A stretch of DNA of 44,700 bases, the filler included, from Sphacelaria rigidula (taxonomy: Eukaryota), in assembly GCA_964200075.2 (NCBI GenBank). It is 2 parts of 2 records of this genome, joined end to end, with 100 filler letters (N's around TTAATTAATTAA, not from the genome) between each part and the next. Parts side by side here need not be neighbours in the genome. Positions count along the whole stretch, not along the records: positions 1 to 22,315 come from CAXNAA020000341.1; 1 more part is not named here. One strand, given 5' to 3'. Numbering within the stretch: position 1 is the stretch's first letter; each line of letters opens with the position of its first letter. The notes beneath the pieces are model-generated. The model was not told where the DNA came from. It saw only the letters and a program-made list of their open reading frames with translations, and made no database searches. Of this stretch, positions 1 through 11,420 are shown piece after piece. The position numbers and the translations under genes are program-made.

Positions 1-418
1 CCTCGGCTCTACTTCTCCAACTCCTCGCGACGTTAACACGCCCTGAGCTGGTCTCGTTTGCTGCAAACTGATCAGGCCTGCAGACTTCCCTATCTTGAAA
101 TGTCAGCTGCTTTTCAGCGAAACTACCGCCTCAGCGGACTTAATGAACGTTCATTATAGACCTCTGTCACTCAAGATCAGATTGCCATGTGGACTCCTCC
201 CATCACAGGCACATGGACTTCAGCAGCTTTAGTTATTTATGTATGAACCCTCAGCATAGTACAGGAGAACAGGACCATATAGCCTCTCTCCACCAGAGTA
301 GCAAAGCCAAGCCTACTCGCCATGGAGGTCACCATCATAGAGTCCGGCAATCAGACCCGCAACTCCACCTACAATGTCCCTGACCTTACGTAACAATGGT
401 GGCTAGGTCTACAGCTCC
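1..418 (+). repeat. Diverged copy of an interspersed TE-like repeat family, inverted relative to the copies at 6530-7100 and 10764-11180
   Basis: The reverse complement of 1-153 aligns with 6958-7100 (shared CTGCAGGCCTGAT, AGACCAG..AGGGCGTGT/AAGGCGTGT, TGAACGTTCA). Segment 376-416 (TGTCCCTGACCTTACGTAACAATGGTGGCTAGGTCTACAGC) matches the reverse complements of ~6677-6715 and ~10909-10949. Confidence 0.7.
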
Positions 419-421
419 ATG

Positions 422-1111
422 TACCACTGCAGAGTTGTCTTGCGCTGAGTGTACCATCCTGTACTCCAGATAATGGGGTCATCTTTTGAGCGGCTCTTGA
501 AAAGTTCTGTTTGTTTCAGAAGTTCTCGAAAAGTTCTGCTCGTTTTTCTGTCACAGAAATCCAATACCGGATCTGGACTAGCCTGAGACAACAACCAATT
601 GGAAAATTGGAAAATTATCGCACATTTCAAGGAAAACGGTAAGCACGTAGAAGACGCAACGAAAAAATGAGTGTATACAGCAGCTTTTCCAGCAACATGA
701 TCCGACTGTGTGTAGTACGGATGCGAGACAAATCATTTTTAACCAGCCCCATTGATCGTCTTGTTGACGGTAGTGGTACATATGGGGGGTGGGAGTACGC
801 GGGAAGAAATTTAACGGGTGGGGGGGTGTGGTGTGCGAGCGGTCAAACGTACATATTCTGAAAAAATTACTGCAGAACTGCTTTCTATCTTGTGTTCACT
901 GTACTCTGCACATCATATACCACTGCAGAGTTGTCTTGCGCTGAGTGTACCACCCTGTACTCCAGATAATGGGGTCATCTTTTGAGCGGTTCTTGAAATG
1001 TTCTGTTTGTTTTTTTTAAAAGTTCTCGAAAATCTCTGCTAGCTTTTCTGTCACAGAAATCCAACACCGGATCTGGAACAGCCTGAGACAACAACCCATT
1101 CAAAAATTGGA
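422..1111. repeat. Two ~190-bp direct repeats (422-611 and 918-1111)
   Basis: Both begin TACCACTGCAGAGTTGTCTTGCGCTGAGTGTACC and continue through TGTCACAGAAATCCAA..CCGGATCTGGA..AGCCTGAGACAACAACC..AAAATTGGA with scattered mismatches. Confidence 0.9.
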
Positions 1112-1639
1112 CCTGAAGCAGCACAATACTCCAACACCCACACTGAGGATGTTTGCGATTGTGTAACACGTGTTCAAATCACTTGCTCCGCAGGTTTCCG
1201 TTCGCAACCCGATGGCAGTTCCTTCTATGCTCGCGGCTTGCTACTACAAGTATGTAGATTTTCATCTTAGACCAAAGTGGCGAATTCAGACTTTTGGAAA
1301 GTGCTGCAAGACACGTCGCAAACACATTACTGTGCCAAGTGAAAGCTATTCTCGGTATACGTGATGCGGCGATGCGAGCAACAAAAGGGGGTCACAGACG
1401 TTTGTTTTCAAGTGCGCTCACCGTCATTCAGCACTGCGACCGTGCATACGTTTTTCTGCTGATAATTCGCGATACTTAGACGGTGCCTGCGACAGGGCCA
1501 CACTTGGCCACCACAGTGACGTCTAGGAATTCTGACAAGCTCTCACCATCGACGAGCAAGACTCAGCTCAAACACCGCGGCAATGACTTCATATTTTATT
1601 TGGGCCAATGTGTCAAAACTCTCTCCCAGCCACCCGCAG

Positions 1640-4276
1640 TCAGCGCCTACGTGTTAATATCCCCCGCGTGTGCTGATCACAGAGTGAGGGGTTCTCCTCG
1701 CATGCTACATCTCGACAAACAGGTGCAACGGCCCCACCCCTTGCTTGCAATCCTTGCATGCTCTTGATGGTCGAATTAAAGCATACCACATCTGGGGTTA
1801 TTCCCTTCGTCTCCATGACAGCCAACAAACCCAACGTCATCTTCCACTGTCCGTGATCACCGCATGCCTTCATGGTCAGGCTGTAGCTGATCAAGTCTGG
1901 GGCGATGCCCTCAGTCTCCATCTTGGCCAACAGGTCGATAGCCCTCGCCCACTCCCCGCAATCCCCACACGCTTTGATGGCTGCGTTGTAACTCACCACG
2001 TCCAAGGGTATACCTTCACTTGGCATTTCTGCCAAAAGATCTAAAGCTTGATCCAACTGTCGGGCATGGCCGCATGCGACAATGGCCGTGCAATAGCTGA
2101 TCACGTCTGGACTAATTCCATTCGCCCGCATCTTGACCAGCAGATCCAATGCCTTTTCCCACTGCCCACCGTCACCGCATGCCTTCATGGCGGAATTGTA
2201 GTTCACCACGTCTGGAGGAATGCTTCTGTCTTCCATCTCAGCCAAAAGATCTACTGAACACTTCCACTGTCCACAATCTCCGCATGCTTTGATTGCTGAA
2301 TTGTATGTAATGACGTCGGGAGAAACACCTCTGACTTGCATCTCAGCCAATAGTTCCAAAGCCTTCTCCCATTGCCGGCCGTCCCCGCATGCCTTGATGG
2401 TCGAATTGTACGTGATGATGTCAGGGGTCACACCCCTCCCTGACATTCCGGCCACAACATCCAAAGCCTTGGACCACTGCCCGCTGTCACCACAGGCCTT
2501 GATCGCGGAGTTGAAACTGATCACGTCCGGAAATATACCATTCGCCTCCATGGTATCCAAGAGATGCAAAGCCTTCGACCACTCCCCACCGTCGCCGCAC
2601 ACTTTGATGGCCGAATTGTATGTGAACAAGTCGGGCGAGAGGCCGTCGGCATGCATCTTTGCCAATAGATCCAAGGCCTTCTCCCACTGTCCGCTATTCG
2701 CGCATGCTTGAAAGGCTGAGTTGTATGAGATAATGTCGGGAGTGATACCCCTGCCCCGCATCTTCGCCAACAACTTCAACGCGTTCTCCCACTGCCCGCA
2801 ATCCACGCATGCTTGAATGGTCGAATTGTACGTAATCAAGTCGGGGGAAATGCCCATCGCCGGCATCTTGCCCAACAACTCCAAAGCTTTTGACGACTGC
2901 TTGCCATCGCCACACACTTTGATGGCCGTGTTGAAGCTGATCACGTCTGGCGAAATGCCTCCTCCCTGCATCTCCTCCAACAAATCCAACGCCTTCGACC
3001 ACTGCCTCCCGTCACCGCATGCCTTGATGGCGGAGTTGTAATTCACCACGTTCGGAGCGATGCCGCTTCTCCGCATGTCGGTCAAGAGATCCAGTGCCTT
3101 CTCCCACTGCCCGCAGTCCCCGCACGCTTTGATGGCGGAGTTGTAACTGACGACACTCGGAGCAACGCCCATTTCCCGCATTTCGAACAAAAGATCTAAC
3201 GCCTTTTCCCACTGCCGGCAATCGCCGCATGCCTTAATCGCCGAGTTATATGTAATGACGTCGGGGGAGAAACCCTTCCCTTGCATTTCTGACAGCAGAT
3301 CCAAGGCCTTCTTCCACTGCCGGCCATCCCCGCACGCTTTCACAGCAAGATTGTAACTAACTACAGTAGGCCTCATACTTGATTGCATCTGGGCAAAGAC
3401 TCTCAGGGCCTGTTCCCACTGCCCGAAATCTCCGCATACTTTGATGACAAAGTTGTAGTTTGCCACGTCACGAGGAATCCCCCTCGATTGCATCTCCGAC
3501 AACAGAGCAACCGCCCTCGCCCACTGCCCGCACTTGCCGCACACAGCAATAGCGGAGGTGTAGCTCACGACATCGTGGGCAATGCCATTCGAGTCCATCT
3601 CGTCCAGCAACTTCAAAGCTATCGACCATTGTCTACCGTAACCGCACGCTTTGATGGCCGCGTTGTAGCTTACCACGTCCGGGGCGATATCGTTTGTTTG
3701 CATGTCGGCCAACACGCCCACAGCTTCCTGCCACCTCCCGCACTTCCCTAATGCACTCATAGCCGCACTAGATACACGTAACGCGTCCACATCGGGATCC
3801 GTGAGGGACTCTGACAACACCAGTTCGACTTTTCGCCAATCTCGCCGCCGGCCAGCCTCTTTCAACTGCCGCATGACCGACTGCCCCTTAGATTGCCCGG
3901 ACGGACGTGCGCTGCGTGCTCTTGTCTTGCTCAGCTTTTCACTGCGTACCTTTGACCATCGGTGAACGCGGGCATTGGAGGCAACTCCTGTTGACGCTAG
4001 CGGTACGTGGGATGTCACGCCGTTCTCGACACCTCCCACGGTAGCGCCAGGCAGTCGATTCGCTACAAGCTTGAACTTGCTTTCTCCTGGTGTACGTGCC
4101 GGCGTGGCAGTGATCAAGTGATCGGGCGGTTCGACCCTTGCTTCTCCATGTGAAGCTGCGGAGTTAGTAAAGCTACACAGGTGGACAGGAACGGACGTTT
4201 GTACTCCATGCATCAGCCGCCGTCGCGTGGTGTTGATGGATCGCGCCGCGGTGCCTACGGGACATTGGCAGATCAT
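1640..4276 (-). CDS. P-class pentatricopeptide repeat (PPR) protein, intronless, 19 intact repeats plus a frameshifted 20th; probably organelle-targeted
   Basis: The 926-codon ORF contains tandem 35-aa motifs (PDVVSYNSAIKACGDCGQWEKALDLLAEM..GI). The first in-frame ATG is at 4276; the ORF-track start at 4420 is a GTG, and a possible acceptor TTGCAG| precedes 4309. The R/S/T-rich, acid-poor N-terminus suggests a transit peptide. No E/DYW domain is present. Confidence 0.93.
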   Translation of the reverse strand: MICQCPVGTAARSINTTRRRLMHGVQTSVPVHLCSFTNSAASHGEARVEPPDHLITATPARTPGESKFKLVANRLPGATVGGVENGVTSHVPLASTGVASNARVHRWSKVRSEKLSKTRARSARPSGQSKGQSVMRQLKEAGRRRDWRKVELVLSESLTDPDVDALRVSSAAMSALGKCGRWQEAVGVLADMQTNDIAPDVVSYNAAIKACGYGRQWSIALKLLDEMDSNGIAHDVVSYTSAIAVCGKCGQWARAVALLSEMQSRGIPRDVANYNFVIKVCGDFGQWEQALRVFAQMQSSMRPTVVSYNLAVKACGDGRQWKKALDLLSEMQGKGFSPDVITYNSAIKACGDCRQWEKALDLLFEMREMGVAPSVVSYNSAIKACGDCGQWEKALDLLTDMRRSGIAPNVVNYNSAIKACGDGRQWSKALDLLEEMQGGGISPDVISFNTAIKVCGDGKQSSKALELLGKMPAMGISPDLITYNSTIQACVDCGQWENALKLLAKMRGRGITPDIISYNSAFQACANSGQWEKALDLLAKMHADGLSPDLFTYNSAIKVCGDGGEWSKALHLLDTMEANGIFPDVISFNSAIKACGDSGQWSKALDVVAGMSGRGVTPDIITYNSTIKACGDGRQWEKALELLAEMQVRGVSPDVITYNSAIKACGDCGQWKCSVDLLAEMEDRSIPPDVVNYNSAMKACGDGGQWEKALDLLVKMRANGISPDVISYCTAIVACGHARQLDQALDLLAEMPSEGIPLDVVSYNAAIKACGDCGEWARAIDLLAKMETEGIAPDLISYSLTMKACGDHGQWKMTLGLLAVMETKGITPDVVCFNSTIKSMQGLQARGGAVAPVCRDVACEENPSLCDQHTRGILTRRR

Positions 4277-4976
4277 CGTGCGTGCCAAGCGTCGAAATAG
4301 AAGAGAGGCCTGCAATACAGCAGAGAAAACAAGAGACGGGACTGAGAACTCGCCAGGCAAGAAAATTATGAACACCACTTCGGATCGTCCCGACCTTCGA
4401 CCAGAGCAAGCATGGAACACGACAAGCTACACGTTTGAAGGGTTGCCTTAAGGTGGGGCAGTATCGTGATGTATTGATACTTGTCGACCCTAGCGTCAAC
4501 ATTTCTTCATACGAATGGGAAATGACATTTGGCGGAGATCATGCTTCGAATGGCCTTCGCTACCTGAAGAAAAGCCTTTCTGACAGATCACATTGCACGT
4601 ATCACGGTAGGAGTCGTCGACTGCCGAAGCAATAAGTACAAAATAATTACATGCCCAGATTTTATCAACACCTCCTGATCTCCAACATGTTGGCATCAAA
4701 CGTTCACTGTGATGAAGAGTAGCACGCGAAAAGAACTTGGAAAAACTGCCAACTACCATACTACAGAAATCGCGTGACAGAGATACTGACTACTTTACTT
4801 ATCGGCACACATCATACCTCCTGCATTCAGACGGTCAAGTGATATCTACAGGTGGTGGATCTCCGGAGAACATGCGCGATAGTGCACCGGATCGCACAGA
4901 TCTTCAGAGATCCGAAAATGCCGTGCAAACTGCGAACAAACATCTTCAAGGTGCTTGGGATAGAGCACAATACTCA

Positions 4977-5232
4977 GGCCGCTTCTTATAGACTGAAATA
5001 AATTCTCTCTGAGGACTGCCCTTTTGAACCTTTCATCACGAATTATTGGCGGATTTGGCCTTCCCGGAAAGATTCGCTATATTTTTCACGAGGATTCCAG
5101 CGCGCATGTCGGATCTTTCGTACCCTCACTTTTACTTTTGGCCGGAATCTGGATTTTGTCAGTCACCTGAAAAAACTTCGAGTTGTCGGGCAGTTCTCAG
5201 AGAGATTTGTTTTCAGTCTGTAAGAAGCGGCC
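4977..5232. mobile_element. MITE with 45-bp TIRs (Tourist/PIF-Harbinger-like)
   Basis: 4977-5021 (GGCCGCTTCTTATAGACTGAAATAAATTCTCTCTGAGGACTGCCC) matches the reverse complement of 5188-5232 at 40/45 positions. Flanks are TCA and TTA. Superfamily is inferred from the GG start and T-N-A flanks. Confidence 0.75.
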
Positions 5233-5235
5233 TTA

Positions 5236-5872
5236 GGCTTCAGCTCCGTCTGCACGCACAAGGTTTAGCTTAACCCTTAGACGGCGAGGGTAGGTAATAA
5301 GTTGATTCGACATCAGTTTCACGTGAAAATAGTATGCATGGCCCAGATGGACTACTATCGCGGTCTGAGGGTTAATTTGGGTTTTGGGCGCTCAAAATAA
5401 GTTTTTTTTCAAAAACTTGAGGCGAGCATAATATTTTTGACGAGCTCAAAATATGCTTGAAACGGGCATATAGTTGTGATGAAATTTTATGCGCCTCCTC
5501 CAGCCATTGCAGCAGCTGTCTGAAAGCGACCCCTATGGCCTATGGCGTGACTCGTCACTCGTCACCCGTCACCAGACAGGCTTCAATACTTCAAACTGCC
5601 ATGGTTGCGGGTCTGATCCGGGAACGCTTCACTGTATATTTCATGTACGTGATACTATGTTGAATTGAAAAATATAATCAAGATTTTTAACCATAGTTGC
5701 ACATGGGGCCACTCCCCACTACAGCGTTTAGGCTTTAGCTCCATATGCGCGCATAAGGTTTAGCTTGATTTGGGTTTTGGGGGCTTAAAATAAGTTTTTT
5801 CTTCAAGATCTTAGGGCAAGCAAGCAAGATGAGCATAGTTTAAAAAAAAAACGCGCATACGGAGCTAAAGCC
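5236..5872. mobile_element. Second MITE family: complete 142-bp copy at 5731-5872 plus an extra left arm starting at 5236
   Basis: GGCTTTAGCTCCATATGCGCG (5731-5751) matches the reverse complement of 5852-5872 at 20/21, with TA on both sides. 5236-5430 repeats the left arm (GGCTTCAGCTCCG..AAGGTTTAGCTT; TTTGGGTTTTGGG..AAAATAAGTTTTTT). Confidence 0.7.
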
Positions 5873-5875
5873 TAG

Positions 5876-6058
5876 CAATACTCCAGGTATTCCGAAGTAA
5901 CCGATTATTCAAGCACAAACTAGAGTACCCGGAGTATCGACTGCCGGACATACTGGGTATGCCGAAGTACCTAGGGTACTGAGTACCGAAAATACAGCGT
6001 ATTCCCGAGTTCTACGAAGTACGCACCTACCAATAGGCTTTACTGGCTACAGTACCGT
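5876..6058. repeat. Degenerate GAGTAC/TACTGGGTA minisatellite-like repeat (left part)
   Basis: Recurring GGAGTAC/GAGTATCGACTGCC/TACTGGGTAT motifs; the same motifs recur at 11420-11765. Confidence 0.7.
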
Positions 6059-6059
6059 T

Positions 6060-9000
6060 GACATACCGTGAAGGTAGATATACGTTAAGGTGGTTGACGA
6101 CAGGTTGATACCGCGTGCGTTACAGCCGATGGCACGAATCTTTCGTCTCTCGAATGAGAACAATCGGTGGAATTCACGCGGAAGTTCAGACTTGCCCCAA
6201 GCACCCCTTCATCAAGGAACCCGCAGTGAAGCAGTTGCCCCGTACAGAGGACACCATAACGCACTCTTGGATACCCGACAACAATCCCGTCCATCGCGAA
6301 AAAGAAGTACTGCTGTACTGTGTTGCTGTACGGTGCTTTGTCGGCGTATCAATTGTGATAAGTTTCATTCTCGTGTACGTTGTTCAACATCTTCGGAGGG
6401 GCGAGCATTAGCGTAGCGTCTTGTAATCGGACCGTCCTCTAGTGGGAACGTTCCTTGCACACGTTTCCCAGACCTCGGCGAGGCTTTCTTAGCGTACTGT
6501 AGACTCTTGCCGCCATTGCTACCTACTAGACAAGCTTTATGGAGCTGCTATTGTACACAGCGGCAGGGATCGCGCATCTATGTGGAAAATGAACTAAGCA
6601 CTAGGCAACAATGGTGTCTGAGTTTGTCTAGCTCTAGTTTGACTACTTGTCGGTAGTAAACGAGCTTTGGGGGTGATGTAAACTCTAGCCATCATTGTTA
6701 CCTAGGTTAGGTACACTAATGCAGCCAGGGCAACGTGTAGGAGGCACGTTTACAGCTGGGTGATGGATCGCGGGTCTGCGAGTATCATCGGTGGAGTCCG
6801 TGAGTGTTCCATTTCGATTGTTTGGAGCTGCTTGCTCAATCTCCGGGAGAGAAGCTGGGATGCTTCTCTCCGGCATCATTAACAGCTAAGGGAAAATATA
6901 TGAAGAAAAACTGAAGTTACGCGCCCTTGATGGGAGGAGTTCACGTAGCTGAAACTCATGAACGTTCAATACTTCCACTGAAGAACGGCTGACACATCAA
7001 GACAGGTATAATCCTGCAGGCCTGATTAGCATCAGCAAAAAAGACCAGGCCAAGGCGTGTCTACGTCGAGAGGGGCTGGCTGAAGCATAACCAAGGAGGT
7101 TCTGAGGTAGTGCTGGGGCGGGCTATGGTGCCACTCGCGCGCAGGGCGCGGGGGGTTGATCAACAGCTGGCTTGCCTCGATAGCCTGCCAAAAAACGGCG
7201 CAAGTACCGCGTGCGAGAATCCATAGGATCACGCGATGGCTGGCTCAAGGTTGGCCAGCCGCGGTGAAGAAGAGGGATCCAAGGACTTCAAGATGTGGTG
7301 AGAAGTGCGGGAGGAAGGGGGGCCGTGGTCGTCATTGTATGGTGGCCAAGTCCATGTTGGTATACGGGGAGACTTGCTCTTCATTAAACTGGGAGACAAC
7401 ACCGGTTTTCTGGGAATGCTGTCGAGCTGCCGTGTTGATTCATCTTCGTGTACCCATGTCGTGGTGGCTTGGCGCTTGATGGGCAGCGTGGAGGTAGCGG
7501 CAAAGCTTGTTCAAATGTGCAGCAATATGTCGCCATTTATGGTCGTGTTGCCCGTATGCCGCAGGGTCATGTCATCGATGACCCTGTTGTCCGGGGACGG
7601 GTGCTGGATGTGCCACACTATGGCCGAATGTTTTATAGTGAGAAATCCTCCGTATCCTTACGGCAGTGTGAGGATTACGTGCGCGATGTGTACGAAGTAA
7701 CGCGCGTGAGACAGGTTGGAACGTACATTAGGTGCCAGTGGTTCCTGACCTCATGCCCATCCATATCATCCAGAGATGTCTATGTGCCCCGTTCTTGAAT
7801 CGTGCTCTATTCGACACGATCAAATGCCTTTCGCATTGCGCAAGCATGCGTCTTTGGGCGGAGTGCATGGCGCTGGGATCACGCATAGTGGTGGTCAGGA
7901 TGTTGGTCATCCCCGGGAGCGCACAACGCGCCCGCGTCTGAAGCGTTGACGCGCGGCTGCTACAGGTACTGCTGTTGAAGAGGATGAACGTGTCACGCGG
8001 CACGAGAGGATTGCAGCCCGTACAGGTGTCGCTGTTGATATCAAGGAGCGAGCCAAGCACCACGTGGCTGCTGAAGCCAGTATGACTGGTCCTGCTGCTG
8101 CTGTTGAGAGGGTGGAGCCAATATGGGCCGATGAGCAAGCGCTGAGAGGCGAAGGTCCCAACTGCTTATTTCCACCAAACCAGCGTGTAGCTGAGGACAC
8201 GCCTTGCACGCTCGGAACTACGCGGGGTGTCATCTACGTGATGCGAGCGAGCAGAGCGAACTTGGGGCTTCCGACGCTCATGGCAAGTCTATCTGCTCAA
8301 TAGATTCGGCGGGAGATTGTTCAGATTATTCGAAGGGGTGTCTGCTTGAAGGAGAAGCGGATGCCGGGTGGGCGGATACAGGTTCGCTGGACAGAGTTTC
8401 GGCCGATGACCAGCGTGCAGCCGGGGACGCACCTGGCGTGCTCGAAACAGCAGGGGAACATGATCCGCGTGAAGTGGGTGGGGAGAGCAAGCTCTCCAGG
8501 CTTGTGATGCTGCTTGTGATTACAAATACTACGGCAACGTCAAGCATTGCATTGTGTTGGGGTGTGGTCGTACGCAGTGCTGTTCACATGGACAGTTTTG
8601 GCGTGTTTGGCTGTGATTACCAAGGTGTCTCTACTACTGCGCTGTGGAGTGTTGGAGAAGGATGATGTAACGCCATCAGGAGGTGCCGCTGTACGGGACT
8701 GTGTGGTTGTTCGGGTTTCGCCTCTCATTGCCTTCGTACAAGTGACTGAAGAACAGGTGCGTGGTACTACGCAAGTGTCTGTGGGGGCAAATGGCTTGCC
8801 GCATTGGCTTCGTAGTGCGGGCATACCGCTTGGTGGCGAGCTGAGCGGCAATGTGGGTGTGCGAGCTGTAACTGTACGTATAATGCGAGAAGCGAGTGTT
8901 GGAGAGGAAACGCTGCTCTACGGTGTGCACGAGGTTGTGGTTGAGTGCTGCTGCTTCTCAGGAACGGGCTGGAGGACTACAAGAAAGGCATTACCGGAGC

Positions 9001-11420
9001 GCTTGCTGTTGTGGTGAGCGCCGGATTGCGTCATGTCGAGGAGCAAGTGCTGGAGCAATTGACTGCTCACTGGGGATAAGAAATTACATCACGGCCGGTA
9101 TCTGTGGACCATTCTTGAGAATTATTGCAGCTTATCGTGTGGTTCGTGGTTATGTTTGCGTATGAAGTATGGCTGAGCGAATACGATCGTATTGCGCGCG
9201 CTGGGTGAAGTTCTGGCGTACACGTGGACGCTTGAGATCTGTGCGTTGTGCTGCTCTGCTTAACACGAATGATGCCTGGTTTCTGCGAGGAAGGTCGCAT
9301 TGCGTGTGCTGGGTGAAATGCTGGCATGCATGCGTGGATTTATCGTTTTTGAGGTGCATGGTCCGACTGTCGCCATTAGGGTGGAAAAAACGAGGGTTCG
9401 ATTCCCCATGCGTTGGGTTCTTTCTTCGTAGTATCTGATTTCCAGCGTGAAAAGCGTGAGAACGTGAGTAAACAAAGTTGTCGACTGAGTTTGTTCGACG
9501 TAAGCTGACGCAGTGCGGGAGTGTTAGTCATGATCCAATGCGCGAGATGGGGTGATCCCTTGAGACCACGGACTCGTCCCGAAAAAGGGGAGGGGTTCAA
9601 AGTGCGACAAAATGAGTAAACAAAGCAAAACAAATAAATATGCTGGCTAGCGAAGAGTCAGGGCAAGGCAGTTATCAATATACTACCGTACTCTATGCCG
9701 GATGAGGTGCAGCTCGAACACTCCTGTCCGCACAGAAGCGCGACGGAATATTCTTTGCGCGGAATGCGCGTACTGACTGTAGGAAATGATAATTGCTCCT
9801 GTTGACATGAAAATGAGCGGGAACTACGAAATGAAAAAGGCTCGCATGTGAGCGCATGTGAGCAGGTATAACGCGACTGTTTCTGGTGGTGTGAAGATGA
9901 AGAAATAGTGCGCGCATGCATCAGTAATCCTTGAGGGTGATACGCCTTTTGATAAACTTACTCTCACGTGTGTGGACGAGCACGTGGGCAGTGTTTCGCT
10001 TCTGCCTGGAAGGAGCATGTGGATGTGTGCCCATACACATTTGTCTCAACAGAGCGTCGCAGATGAGCTTCAAGTCTGTGGAGACATGAACTGCATTTTA
10101 CGGTGCATATCGGCTGAGAAACGGGTGGCATATGACGGTTCTGAATTCACGTGGCATATTATAATTGAGTGTTTTTTGGGGTGTACTCGACAAATCGAGT
10201 TCGAAAATAATATCACTACGAGTGGTGAAGGATGGCGCAGGTCCAGGTCCGGTTGCTCTCCTTGGATTGCTATGCATGGCTCGGATAGCGGTTCGAGTGA
10301 TGGCTTCTGCAGAAATTGATTGGCGAGAAAACGCTTCAATGCTTTCAGGAGGGATAGGTGTGAGGTGGATACGTTTTCACGAAGTTGAGCAAGCAAGGGA
10401 CCAGCTGCGATTTAGACGAGTGGGATACTTCATGCTATTAATAGTTCGAGGATGAAGACCGTTCACCTGTTGCACTCCGTTGCGCAGGTGTTGAACGTAT
10501 GACAGAGCAATCTGTACTTTGGAAAGTACCTTGTTTCATCAAATGAGAGAAACGAATAGTCACGAATGTTTTGGAAGTTGACGTTCGTTGACGATTGAGG
10601 TTTTCTTTACCGGTCTAGAGTCAATAGACTTGTTGTGGGCAAGTATTTGGGCATTCAGTGTCAGTTATCACTCCGTGACTCGGAGTGGTACAATTCTTGA
10701 GGCTTTAACGGGATTGCTCGTTGATGAATGTCTCGATCTCGTGGGAGTTGTTCCGAAATTGGGCAAGCTTGTATGGAGCTGTTGTCGAAGACGGCGGCAT
10801 GGATTGCCCTTCCACGTGGAAAATGACGGTAGTCTTAGACAGCAATGATGTCTGAGTCCGACAAGCTCTACTTTGAGTACCTGTTGGTACTGAGAGAGCT
10901 TTGGGCGTGCTGTAGACTCAAGTCACCATTGTTACATCGGTTGGGTACACTAATGCAGTTGGGGAAATGTGCAGTATGCACATTTACGGCTGGTTGATGG
11001 ATCGTCTCCGAGTATGAACGGTGGACTCCGAGCGTGTCATCTCGATCGTTTGGAGCTGGTTGCTCACTTCAAGGGAGAGAGGCTGGGATGCTGCTCTCCG
11101 GTATAATGAACAGCTACGGGTTAATATGTGAATAGCTTAAGCTGTTGGACTCTACGTGCCCGTGATGGAGAAGTCTACCTGGCCAACTGGTCTTGAGTGC
11201 AGAACACAATAGTACACCTGGCGTCGTCGCCAATTGTTCATGATATCGTTTTCAAGCTGTTTCGCCTCAGATCAACGTATGCGCTGCTCAACGGATTGAG
11301 CTGTCTTCAGCGTCCAGATCTCAGACACGCTAAAGTAGAGTCACGATGAGGTCCTCACAACAGAGCGCGGAATTTCGAAGAGTACAGCAAAACTGACTAA
11401 TCTAGAGCACGGCGAGTGTC
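6060..11420 (-). mobile_element. Heavily decayed TE-derived block, class unresolved
   Basis: All frames are broken by stops and the minus strand is C/A-rich. It contains two diverged ~400-bp direct copies (6530-6945, 10764-11180) of a family also at 1-418. Weak non-LTR RT-like remnants lie on the minus strand (RKAFDRVE* ~7808-7834; QRFRRGR ~7928-7948). Confidence 0.5.

Noticed and set aside
1745..3965. Plus-strand and alternate-frame ORFs overlapping the PPR gene
   Set aside because: They are shadows of the repetitive PPR coding sequence.
9990..10075. Helitron/Helentron Rep-like string (VETNVYGHTSTC..CPRARP) on the minus strand
   Set aside because: No accompanying HUH or YxxKY motifs were found; too weak to call.
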